In this document: positions 1 to 8,328 of the stretch, piece after piece | How the letters are laid out: the number at the start of each line of letters is the position of its first letter | How positions within the stretch are numbered: the first letter of the stretch is position 1 | Origin: Candidatus Bathyarchaeia archaeon | Lineage (GTDB): Archaea; Thermoproteota; Bathyarchaeia; Bathyarchaeales; Bathycorpusculaceae | Assembly: GCA_050012755.1 (NCBI GenBank) | Contig: JBEKGO010000043.1 | Span: 1 to 16,237 of the forward strand | Direction of reading: 5' to 3' | DNA: 16,237 bases | Made by a program: the position numbers and the translations under genes | The notes under the pieces: model-generated | What the model was told of the DNA's origin: nothing | Databases searched by the model: none | What the model saw: the letters and a program-made list of their open reading frames with translations, nothing else

Positions 1-64
1 CACAAGCACAAGAATGTAAACCTGCGCAACCCAAAGCAAACACTTTCATTTTTTGTTCACTATG

Positions 65-312
65 GTTCAAGCTGCTTTTTTAGCTCAGGGCTTGATTTCT
101 CTGCAGGCTGCGGCTCCACGCGTCTCTATGCGTCTCCCCCCGTCTCGCTGCGTCTCCTCGCGTCCCCGACAGTTATTGACGGTTTTTTTGCGCAGTCTTT
201 GTACTTTGTCTTTTGGATTGCTTTTTTGGTTTAAGGTTTGATTCGTTTGCAGGTTGAGTCAAAAAAAGTCCAAAAAAGTCTAAATAAGTCCAAAAAAGTT
301 CAGGAAGAAAAG
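65..312. repeat. Modular repeat cluster A: two head+decamer-array modules
   Basis: Heads TGCTTTTTT-N20-TGCAG at 73-106 and 219-252. Decamer arrays at 111-170 (cgtctcNNNN-type, 6 units) and 257-306 (agtccaaaaa-type, 5 units). Homologous to 8329-8554. Confidence 0.85.
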
Positions 313-408
313 TGAATTAGAGAGAAGAAAGTGGTAGTAGTGATTCCATATTTTGTCTTTCCAGCTATTTTGGTTCTTTGTGTTTTGGTTGTGAAGCAAT
401 TGGGTCAT

Positions 409-1914
409 TTATATTATGAGCAGGAATAGCCAGATAGGAATTATTGTTATGTTTTTGCGTGTTTCAAGGGTTTCTTTTGACAGAACTATTGTGTTTGATG
501 ATGTTGAGGCTTTTGTAAAATCTATGACCCCGAAGATGTCTCTTGTTGTTATTTTTGGTTGATATTTGACTTCGATGGCAGCTGGTTTGGGTAGGCCTTC
601 GTTTATTACGAAGTCTACTTCTCGATCCTTTTTTCCTCTCCAATACATAACTGTGTTTTCGTAATTGAATAGTTGTTTTTGTTCACATAGTCGGAATGAT
701 AGTCTGACCATGTGATCGGCTGCGATTCCTTCAACGAGGATGCCTACTTTTTCGGGGTCTTTTAGAAAATCAAGTGTTGATTCAAATGGTTGTTTTCCAG
801 TGGTCCATGCTCGCATTGCATGTAAGAAGAATGGATCTGTGAAGTGGATTTTCTTTTCTTTTTGGTATGCCGGTTTGTTTCGGCTTGTGTCGTAGCAGTG
901 CAAGTATAATAGCACGAAGCTGTCGCTGAGGGTATCTACGTATTCGGCTACTGTGTTGTGGCTTGCAATGTCTGTGCCTTGTCTAAGGGTATTCCAGCCG
1001 ATGGGGTTTCCGAGGGTTTCGATTATTCGGCTCATGACTTGTCTTAGGTATGTTTCTCTTTTTCCCCATTTGGCAAGGTCTCCCAACACGACGTCTACAT
1101 AGGTTTTGTAGATACTTTCAGAGATTTCGTTGTGCTTTAGGTATTCATCTGCAACTCTTGCTATTCCTCCTGTTAGCAAGTAGTTTTGGAAGAGGTTCTT
1201 CAGGTCTTTTGAGAGGAAAGAAAGTTCTTTGATTTGTTCTGGGATTTCTCCCTTTAGCAAAGATAGGAAAACTTGCTTTCTATTTTCCCAGGAGAGCATA
1301 TTCTGTTGTTTTAGTGTGTTTTCCACGTCTTTGTTCAAAGTCTCTGCATATTCTGCAAATTTCATTGGAAGCATTATCTTGTCGGGTGTATCTTTTGTTA
1401 TCCCGCGTCTTCCTGGCAACTTTTCTGAGGCTTTCTTGATGTCGAGTGTGTGAGAACCTGTCAAAATCAAGGTTGTTTGTGCTAGGCTGCCCTTGTCGGC
1501 TAAGAATTTTATTGCTTTCTGCCAGTCCTTGACTGAAGAAACTTCATCGATAAGAATGTATGCTCTTTGTTTATTGTCTGGTCTTACGGTGTCAAGATAA
1601 GAGGATATTGTTTCCGCAAGCATCTTTGGATTGTCTATAAGGTCACAAGTATAGTAGAATATGTTTCTTGGTGGCACATTACGTTTTAGAAGATCTTTTA
1701 TCATGTCTTTGATGAGCGTTGTCTTTCCAACTTGGCGCGGTCCTCGGAGGGTGTAGATTACATCTGCTTCAAGGTCGAACGTATACTTTATCCGAGGATC
1801 CCAGCATACTTCGGATTTTGCCAAAGCCATAATGTTTTTGTCTTTTGATATATCCTCGGGTTTTCTCCACCAAGGATTCTGATCCATCAGTTCAATATTT
1901 ACCGACATAGCCAT
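409..1914 (-). CDS. ATP-binding protein, AAA_14 + DUF4143 (COG1373-type) with C-terminal PD-(D/E)XK-like motif
   Basis: N-terminal NPWW, Walker A GPRQVGKTT, Walker B LIDEV, LTGS, LPGR, YLLTGG, KKIHFTDP, and C-terminal YWR...EVDFV...AIEVK, all typical of this family. Confidence 0.92.
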   Translation of the reverse strand: MAMSVNIELMDQNPWWRKPEDISKDKNIMALAKSEVCWDPRIKYTFDLEADVIYTLRGPRQVGKTTLIKDMIKDLLKRNVPPRNIFYYTCDLIDNPKMLAETISSYLDTVRPDNKQRAYILIDEVSSVKDWQKAIKFLADKGSLAQTTLILTGSHTLDIKKASEKLPGRRGITKDTPDKIMLPMKFAEYAETLNKDVENTLKQQNMLSWENRKQVFLSLLKGEIPEQIKELSFLSKDLKNLFQNYLLTGGIARVADEYLKHNEISESIYKTYVDVVLGDLAKWGKRETYLRQVMSRIIETLGNPIGWNTLRQGTDIASHNTVAEYVDTLSDSFVLLYLHCYDTSRNKPAYQKEKKIHFTDPFFLHAMRAWTTGKQPFESTLDFLKDPEKVGILVEGIAADHMVRLSFRLCEQKQLFNYENTVMYWRGKKDREVDFVINEGLPKPAAIEVKYQPKITTRDIFGVIDFTKASTSSNTIVLSKETLETRKNITIIPIWLFLLII

Positions 1915-1927
1915 CTACTGAAAATAG

Positions 1928-1959
1928 ATTGACAGCTCGTTTATAAATAGCTTGTCAAT
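1928..1959 (-). promoter_or_regulatory. TATA box inside an inverted repeat, upstream of the AAA/DUF4143 gene
   Basis: TTTATAAA at 1940-1947, about 26 bp from the start at 1914 (suggests a leaderless mRNA). Flanked by ATTGACA (1928-1934) and TGTCAAT (1953-1959). Confidence 0.6.
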
Positions 1960-2173
1960 ACATTGCCAGGCTGTTTATTAACCCAAAATAGGTTTATTCC
2001 CGAACCTTTTAGCCAACTATGCATCACTGTCTGGATCTACTTCGTTTTCAACGCTTCAATGCTGTTGAGATTAAGAAAATATCCACATCCAGACAAATTG
2101 GGGAAACGGATCTCCGTAACCCTCTGCTCCAAAAATCAAGAATAACATTGGTTCTTAGCAAGAACTCTTTTGA

Positions 2174-5152
2174 TTAATCGCAGAGACAGTGGTAGTCGCA
2201 TTGGGTGCATTCCCAGCTTCCTTTTTTGGGTTCAAATGCTGCTGCCTTGATTTTTGTCGCCATCTCCGCGATCTCTGTTTGCATTGCCTCGATGGCTTGG
2301 TTTTCGGGTTCAAAAAATACTTTCTCGTTGGACCGTAAGAACCAGTTTCCCACCTTTAATGGATGACCATCAGGATAGATTTCTTTGACAGCAAGTGCAT
2401 AAACGAGCAGTTGCATGTCCTTTTTTAGCTCGTTCAGGGATGGCGCCTTTTTGCTTGTTTTGTAGTCTACCACAGTGTAACCGAGTCCATCTTTGTCTAT
2501 GCGGTCGATTCTCCCCCTAAGCCGTATGTCGCCAATTGAGGTTTCAAACCATCGTTCAATGTCAACAATCTCCGTTTTGCTCTGAGTCTGCTCTTCGAGG
2601 AAAACCTTCAAAATAGCTTTAGCTTCGTTATAATCTCTTTTTTCATCTATCTTTGACTTGTAGCCTTTTGGATCCCAGAACTTCGCGAGAAGCTCCTCAG
2701 CCACAACTTCGTTGATTGTTTTTCCGTCTTTCTGCATACTGGTTAATTGTTCTGCAATGCTGTGTAGTGAAGAGCCGAAATCAAAGTAGTACCTGGGCTT
2801 CTCTGGAATCTTCATAACATGGCGATACTGGTAGAGTCTGGGGCATTTCTTGTAGCCGACAAATTGGGAGACACTAAAAACATGGTCCTCAGGAACTGTA
2901 ATTGGTTCTTCAACAACTTTTTCCAATTTTGAGTAATCGGGTTCTTCTATTTTGCCAATTAAATCTGCTTTAATGTCCAAGTCTTTGTTTGCTGACTTGG
3001 CGAATAGAAGCACATCCTGTATAGCTTCACTAAATTTTCCGGTTGTTAAGTTTGCAATTACTTGTTTCATGATACGTGTCTGAGTTTCATTTTCTTTTGT
3101 TGTCGATTCAGCAGGCAATTCTTGAGAGTCAGCTTGCTGGAAGTCTAAGTTTTCGTTTTGCTGATATTTTATTTCGGTTAGGAATCTTGATGGTTTGGAG
3201 TCTGTTTTGTTTTCACCATATCGCTTTGCATAGGAGATAATTAGCTTCTCTTTTGCGCGGGTTATGGCTACGTAGAAGAGTCTTCGTTCTTCTTGGATAT
3301 GTAGTTCTTTTTCGTCGAATTGGGATTGGATACCTTTGAGCAGTTCTTTTGGTATCGCGAATTTGTCTTTTTGGTAGGTTGTTGGTAGTCTACGCTCGAT
3401 AAGGTCTGGAATTATAACCACTGGGTATTGCATGCCTTTGACGCCGTGGATTGTTGAGATAACTACGGCTTGTTCTTCGAGATTTTTTTCTTCAATTTCA
3501 AAGTTTGAGGCAAAAGAGAGGTAGTCTGTGAAGTCTTCGATGTCATTGTCTGGATAGATGCTGTTGAATTCCTCTGCGAACTCGTAGAACTGGTTTAGGA
3601 GCTGTATGTTTCGATTGTTTTGGAGTGCTATCTCGTACTTATAGAACTCACGTTCAAAAAGCAAGCTATGAATTAGGTCAAGTGTTCGGACCCTCTTTTT
3701 TGAGGCAATCATGTCAGAAATTGTCTGTTTGGCTTGGAGGAACTTGAATTTATCAACATCTATTTCGCTTATGTGGTCAAATACTTCGTATAGTGAAAGG
3801 TCATTTTGTTCTGCATAGCAGTTGAATTTGCATATCTCAATCTGCTTGATGCCGTAATTGTTTCGGTTCAGAATCCTTACGATTTCAGCGTTGTTTTCTA
3901 ATGGGTTACTTATGACTTTTAGGTACGCTGTAACATCTTTTATTATTGGCTCTTGGAAGAAGCCTGTCTCGCCAACAAAGTTAAAACGAATAGCTTGCTT
4001 TCTGAATGCTTTGATTATTGGCTCAGCAGTCGACCTTCGCCTGCAAAGTATCGCTATTTCCTGTAAGGGGTATTTCTTAAGAAGCTCCTTGACAGTTTCA
4101 AGAATATAGTTTGCTTGAGAAGAGTCGCTTGGAGTCTCGACGACTGCTACTTTTTCTCCGTCTGGGTTTGTTGTGAAAAGTTTCTTTATTGTTCTTTCAG
4201 GGCTGTTCTCTATTAGTCTGTTGGCGACTGCTACGATTTTTTTGGTGCTGCGGTAGTTATGCTCTAGTGCTTTTTCAACGTAGTTAGGGAACATTTTTTT
4301 GAATTCTGATATGTTGGTTAGGTAGGCTCCTCGGAAACGGTAGATGCTTTGGTCGTCATCTCCTACGACCGTAATGTGGCCGTGTTTGCTAGCTATCAAG
4401 TGGACTATCTGCAGCTGAATATAGTCAGTATCTTGAAATTCGTCTACTATGACAAACTGGAATTTTTCTTGATACTTTTTTAGAATTAGAGGCTTGCTTT
4501 TGAGTAGGTTGTATACTGTGCAGAGCATGTCTCCAAAATCAAGCATGTTGTTCTTAATTTTGTAATCTTCGTAGGCCCGATAAATTTTTAGTATGTCCTT
4601 TAGATTGTTCAGGTCATCAAGAGCTTCTTCATCGAGAGTGATTTTTTCCTGTTTTTCGATGTATTTTTGAATATCCTCTGGTGCGATGGATTCGTCTTTG
4701 CATCTTGATATGAATTTCGCCGTTTCTTCGGCTAATGTGTATGGTTCATGGTTGAATTCAAGATGCTCAATGCCGAAGCGGTTGATGTTCTTGGTCAAGT
4801 AAACTAGCTGAGCGGTATCAGTAATTACCTTAAAATTAGCGTTAAGTTTGGTGTTTAGAATGTTGTCCTGAATGACCTGGTTGCAGAAAGAGTGAAAGGT
4901 TGATATGCTCAAGTCCTCAGCATTTCCAACCATGCTAATGACTCTGTTCTTAAGATCCTCTGCCGCCTTTTGGTTAAAAGCTAAGGCAAGTATGTTCTCT
5001 GTTTTGGCGCCCTGTTCGATTAAATAGGCAATTTTACTTGCCACCGTTAATGTTTTGCCTGAGCCCGCACCTGCTATTATTAGGAGGGGTCTTTCAATTT
5101 CTTTGACTGCTTCCGTTTGTTGGGGATTTAACTGCTCAAAAATGTTTGCCGT
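2174..5152 (-). CDS. UvrD/PcrA-family SF1A helicase fused to a RecB-like PD-(D/E)XK nuclease with 4-Cys Fe-S motif
   Basis: The frame stays open upstream of 5044 and encodes LNPQQTEAV (Q motif) and IIAGAGSGKT (Walker A). Also TFHSF, VDEFQD, VGDDDQSIYRFRGA, NYRST, TIHGVKG, EERRLFYVAITRAK. C-terminal CPR...GRIDRID...VDYKT...CTQCDYHCLC. The start is uncertain because no canonical codon exists; 5152 is the ACG 9 nt after AAGGAG. Confidence 0.9.
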   Translation of the reverse strand, partial: TANIFEQLNPQQTEAVKEIERPLLIIAGAGSGKTLTVASKIAYLIEQGAKTENILALAFNQKAAEDLKNRVISMVGNAEDLSISTFHSFCNQVIQDNILNTKLNANFKVITDTAQLVYLTKNINRFGIEHLEFNHEPYTLAEETAKFISRCKDESIAPEDIQKYIEKQEKITLDEEALDDLNNLKDILKIYRAYEDYKIKNNMLDFGDMLCTVYNLLKSKPLILKKYQEKFQFVIVDEFQDTDYIQLQIVHLIASKHGHITVVGDDDQSIYRFRGAYLTNISEFKKMFPNYVEKALEHNYRSTKKIVAVANRLIENSPERTIKKLFTTNPDGEKVAVVETPSDSSQANYILETVKELLKKYPLQEIAILCRRRSTAEPIIKAFRKQAIRFNFVGETGFFQEPIIKDVTAYLKVISNPLENNAEIVRILNRNNYGIKQIEICKFNCYAEQNDLSLYEVFDHISEIDVDKFKFLQAKQTISDMIASKKRVRTLDLIHSLLFEREFYKYEIALQNNRNIQLLNQFYEFAEEFNSIYPDNDIEDFTDYLSFASNFEIEEKNLEEQAVVISTIHGVKGMQYPVVIIPDLIERRLPTTYQKDKFAIPKELLKGIQSQFDEKELHIQEERRLFYVAITRAKEKLIISYAKRYGENKTDSKPSRFLTEIKYQQNENLDFQQADSQELPAESTTKENETQTRIMKQVIANLTTGKFSEAIQDVLLFAKSANKDLDIKADLIGKIEEPDYSKLEKVVEEPITVPEDHVFSVSQFVGYKKCPRLYQYRHVMKIPEKPRYYFDFGSSLHSIAEQLTSMQKDGKTINEVVAEELLAKFWDPKGYKSKIDEKRDYNEAKAILKVFLEEQTQSKTEIVDIERWFETSIGDIRLRGRIDRIDKDGLGYTVVDYKTSKKAPSLNELKKDMQLLVYALAVKEIYPDGHPLKVGNWFLRSNEKVFFEPENQAIEAMQTEIAEMATKIKAAAFEPKKGSWECTQCDYHCLCD

Positions 5153-5254
5153 CGAAACCGTCTCCTTTCTTAGAAAACCAAGCTATCAATGGGTGCATGC
5201 ATCTATGATAAAAGAATTCCAGATTTAACTTTTTGCAGTTCAAGCTTCATGCAA

Positions 5255-5280
5255 ACATGCAAAAGATTTTATCTGCATGT
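5255..5280 (+). promoter_or_regulatory. BRE/TATA-like element flanked by an inverted repeat, in the divergent promoter region
   Basis: ACATGCA (5255-5261), AAAGATTTTATC, TGCATGT (5274-5280), about 30 bp upstream of the TTG at 5304. Additional CATGC copies at about 5196 and 5248. Confidence 0.45.
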
Positions 5281-5303
5281 ATTGACTTATACTGGGGTCT
5301 GTC

Positions 5304-6434
5304 TTGTCCACGAAGTTGTCCAATGACAAAATGATTAAACTTGTCGAAAGAATCAAAGCCTTTTCTCAATCAGATCTAGGTAGCAGTGAAGCAAACACAA
5401 AAAAGAGGATAATTGAGCCCATGCTAGATATGCTTGGCTGGGATTGTTTAGGCAATGAAGTTCAACTTGAGTATCCAATTCAAGTGGGTTCGTCTTCTGT
5501 TCATGTCGACTACGCAATGCGCCTCGAAGGGAAACCGGTGATTCTTGTTGAAGCAAAACCGTTTGATGTTAATCTTTCTGCTGATTGGGCTTCCCAAATA
5601 ATTAGTTACGGAAAAATTGAGGATATTCGCTGGGTTGTACTTACAAACGGAAAAGTTGTAAAGATATTTGATACGAAAGCTGGAAAAGGAGAAAAAGAAT
5701 GCCTCATCACTGCCATTGACTTGCCAAGGTTACCCAGAGATTCAATCGCTTTGAGCCTAATCTCTAGAGAATCTATACTGACAGGTGAGATTGAGTCTGC
5801 AGCTAAAAGATTAGCGACTACAAAAGAGGCTATTAATTCTCTGAGCCAACGAAAAGGCGAGATAGCATCAGAATTCAAGAAAATTCTTGTCAAAATAACA
5901 GGACCAGGAATTGAAGACCGACTCGAGACTATTTCAAAGAAACTTGCAGATATTGCGGTTCAATCCTTTGAGAGTGAAATAGAATCAGTTCCGTCTCGCA
6001 CAACGGATAAAACAGTTCAGTTGTTACCAAGACATTCGCTTTCTTCCAAGCCACCAGGTGAAGTGGTTTTGTGTCCAAGCAAAATTGGAGGAGTTGAATT
6101 TCTCAAAAAGTATAACGCTTGGGGCTTTGTCAACATGAATAGACAGGTTCCATATTTTGCTCTTTACGTAGGAGACCCAGAATCTTCGGTTCTATACTTT
6201 GGGGAAGTCGAGTCGATTACCAAACCGATAACATCCGAGGAGGACATTCAACGAATAGAGGAAAAAGACATTGAAAACTTTCCATCTGGTAAAAGAGCGA
6301 TTCACCTTAGACAAGGAACCTTAGTGAAATTTACCGATCCAATACCTCTAAAGAACAAACGGATTGCTCCGCGGGGTCTCAGATATACCACATTAGACAA
6401 ACTCATAAACGCAAATTATGCTGAAGATCTTTAA
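5304..6434 (+). CDS. HsdR_N-like (type I restriction R N-terminal) PD-(D/E)XK nuclease fused to a probable PUA/EVE-like domain
   Basis: SEANTK...IEPML..LGW, LEYP, VDYA...VILVEAK and VLTNG match HSDR_N_2. There are no helicase motifs. The C-terminal YFALYVGDPESSVLYFGEV...PIPL...PRGLRYTT fold assignment is inference. Confidence 0.8.
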   Translation: MSTKLSNDKMIKLVERIKAFSQSDLGSSEANTKKRIIEPMLDMLGWDCLGNEVQLEYPIQVGSSSVHVDYAMRLEGKPVILVEAKPFDVNLSADWASQIISYGKIEDIRWVVLTNGKVVKIFDTKAGKGEKECLITAIDLPRLPRDSIALSLISRESILTGEIESAAKRLATTKEAINSLSQRKGEIASEFKKILVKITGPGIEDRLETISKKLADIAVQSFESEIESVPSRTTDKTVQLLPRHSLSSKPPGEVVLCPSKIGGVEFLKKYNAWGFVNMNRQVPYFALYVGDPESSVLYFGEVESITKPITSEEDIQRIEEKDIENFPSGKRAIHLRQGTLVKFTDPIPLKNKRIAPRGLRYTTLDKLINANYAEDL

Positions 6435-6465
6435 TTCAGAATAAGAAATTCAGGCGAATGGTCCT

Positions 6466-6614
6466 ATGTGGCCTTGTAAGAGTTGTGGACACGAAAACAA
6501 AGAAGAATCGGTAATGTGTGAATTCTGTGGTGTGTATTAAGATTCGACGAAACAGGCGATTCTGGCGATAACAAAGACTCAGAGGACCTGTTTTTTGACG
6601 ATGAATGCCTGTAA
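6466..6614 (+). pseudogene. RanBP2-type zinc-finger micro-protein, frameshifted before an acidic tail (or a 24-aa CDS at 6466-6540)
   Basis: 6466-6540 reads MWPCKSCGHENKEESVMCEFCGVY*, matching W-x-C-x2-C-x3-N-x6-C-x2-C-G. AGGCGA lies 8 nt upstream. A shifted frame continues VLRFDETGDSGDNKDSEDLFFDDECL* to 6614. Confidence 0.65.
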
Positions 6615-6679
6615 ACACTCAAAACAAGCCACAATATGTAAGACCTTTTTCAGCGAAAAGAAAACTATTGTGAAAGTTG

Positions 6680-7261
6680 TTACCATTCATCGCGTTTGCT
6701 TTCTGATTCTTTTTTCATGGTTTCTTCGATTTCACGGTAAACTTTTTTGTCAGACTTGGAAACCACCGCTAAAGAGGGTTCTCCGAAGCTTTTCACAATT
6801 GGAACTTTAATCAGTCTGAACTCTCTTGTCTGTGGAACATATTGCACAGTAACCTCTTTTTGGGTAAAGCAGAGTTTTTCTCCATCAGACCACAACTCAT
6901 ACATCTCAACTCTAATCGGGTAGGCTCCAGCAGCTATTCCCTTCATACCCAGCACAAGCGGCAACTCCAGCTCATCAGCCGACAAAGGACCCTGAGTGAT
7001 CCTAATTAGGCGCGAACCGATTCGTTGGTTGTCAAACCATAAATCCAAATTCACCTTTGAAAACGCAGACTTTGACGGATACAGCTTGAACCCGACTTTA
7101 AGCGCTAACTCATCCTCTCTTATGACTGCCTGGATTTCAATTATGGTTATTTGCTTTTGCTGAACAGGTTTGTTTGGTTCTTTTGCATGAACATTCGGCA
7201 TATTGTCTAAAGTAAGTTGCTTGTGCGCTTTGAGATTAGGCGATATCTTTGTTTTGCCCAC
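6680..7261 (-). CDS. Hypothetical protein, beta-rich and possibly Ig-like
   Basis: 193-aa ORF with GTG start 4 nt after GGTGA. Alternating hydrophobic strands and a GAYPIRVEM motif. No family recognised. Confidence 0.7.
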   Translation of the reverse strand: MGKTKISPNLKAHKQLTLDNMPNVHAKEPNKPVQQKQITIIEIQAVIREDELALKVGFKLYPSKSAFSKVNLDLWFDNQRIGSRLIRITQGPLSADELELPLVLGMKGIAAGAYPIRVEMYELWSDGEKLCFTQKEVTVQYVPQTREFRLIKVPIVKSFGEPSLAVVSKSDKKVYREIEETMKKESESKRDEW

Positions 7262-7320
7262 GAATTCACCTGTCCTCTAATTTTAATGATTTTGGCTTCG
7301 ATTTCATTGAGTCTGGATTC

Positions 7321-7582
7321 ATTTATAGCGTTTAAAAGCTTTTTCAGGATTATGCATGATGCTTTTTTGTCTAAGGGTTTATTTTCATTTCCGCATTTAG
7401 GCCAGTAAATACATTGAGGGGCAACCGTCTTTTCGCAATTATCAATCAGCTCGAAGGTTCTATGTTTTGGTAGAGGTTTTCTGAAATCCCTATACCGCCT
7501 TCAAAGCCGTCATATATAAAAATCGTTGCATTCCCAGTGTCTGGATGCAGAGGCGTTGACAAACCGCCAATGTCCCATCTGT
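7321..7582 (-). pseudogene. Degenerate C-terminal fragment (DUF1998 Zn-binding domain) of an MrfA/Hrq1-type DEAD/DEAH helicase
   Basis: Minus-strand translation RWDIGGLSTPLHPDTGNATIFIYDGFEGGIGISENLY, a frameshift, then TFELIDNCE...CIYWPKCGNENKPLDKKAS. No helicase core and no start codon. Confidence 0.85.
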
Positions 7583-7638
7583 TGATAAATTATGGTATTG
7601 CAAGGGTAAGAATGTTTATTTGTCTGTTTGACTAATGG

Positions 7639-7665
7639 TTATCTGATAATTAATATGTCAGATAA
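7639..7665 (+). promoter_or_regulatory. Putative VapBC autoregulatory operator
   Basis: Inverted repeat TTATCTGA (7639-7646) / TCAGATAA (7658-7665) spanning the ATG at 7655. TTATCTGATAA is itself symmetric. Confidence 0.45.
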
Positions 7666-7888
7666 AATAAAAGTCGGTGTGCGAGGTCAAGTCGTAATTC
7701 CCAAGAAATACCGCAAGAAGCTCAACATCGAAACCGGAATCATTCTTGAAATAAACGCAACAAACGAGGGCTTGTTTTTAAAACCCTTCAACCCAGCAAG
7801 CGAATTGAAGGGACTAGGAAAAGGCATCTTCGGAGACCCAATCAAATATCAAAAAAAGCTACGTGAAGAATGGGAATGCCCACAATGA
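7655..7888 (+). CDS. vapB: AbrB/MazE/SpoVT-family antitoxin
   Basis: KVGVRGQVVIPKKYRKKLNIETG is the AbrB signature, and the protein ends LREEW. Directly upstream of a PIN gene. ATG 7655 is preferred over TTG 7628. Confidence 0.92.
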   Translation: MSDKIKVGVRGQVVIPKKYRKKLNIETGIILEINATNEGLFLKPFNPASELKGLGKGIFGDPIKYQKKLREEWECPQ

Positions 7889-8301
7889 AAACGGCCCTGG
7901 ATACAAATATTCTCATTTACTATCTGGAAGGAATCGAACCAGAAGCAAGCAAAATAGGAAAAATACTAGAAGGATTTATGAATTCCGAAAATGAAGGATT
8001 GATTTCGACAATAACCGTTGCTGAAATCCTGACCGGCTTTTACTTAGCAGGCGACATAAACAGAGCAGCAAAAGTAAAAAAGTTACTCATCGACCTAACT
8101 CTTAACAGCTTCAAGATAGTGCCAGTTACTTTTGAAATCGCTGATCTAGCCGCCAACTTACGAGCCAAAAAAGGCGGAAGGTTACCTGACGCCTTAATTT
8201 TAGCCACCGCAATCAACCAAAAAGCAGACGTTATTTATTCGCAAGACAAAGACCTACAACGGTTCAATAAAGAAATCAGAGTCTGCCAGCTCCCAGAATA
8301 A
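7885..8301 (+). CDS. vapC: PIN-domain ribonuclease toxin
   Basis: ALDTNILIY, ISTITVAEI, LPDALILATA and YSQDKD carry the PIN acidic residues. ATGA overlap with the antitoxin stop at 7885-7888. Confidence 0.95.
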   Translation: MKTALDTNILIYYLEGIEPEASKIGKILEGFMNSENEGLISTITVAEILTGFYLAGDINRAAKVKKLLIDLTLNSFKIVPVTFEIADLAANLRAKKGGRLPDALILATAINQKADVIYSQDKDLQRFNKEIRVCQLPE

Positions 8302-8328
8302 CTAAGTTAAAAGGTCTTTTTTATGGTT

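Noticed and set aside
53-241. 62-aa ORF
   Set aside because: Translation of the non-coding repeat. A 10-bp period is unlikely in a coding repeat.
1963-2145. 60-aa ORF between the ATPase and helicase genes
   Set aside because: No recognisable motif, and it runs opposite to both neighbours.
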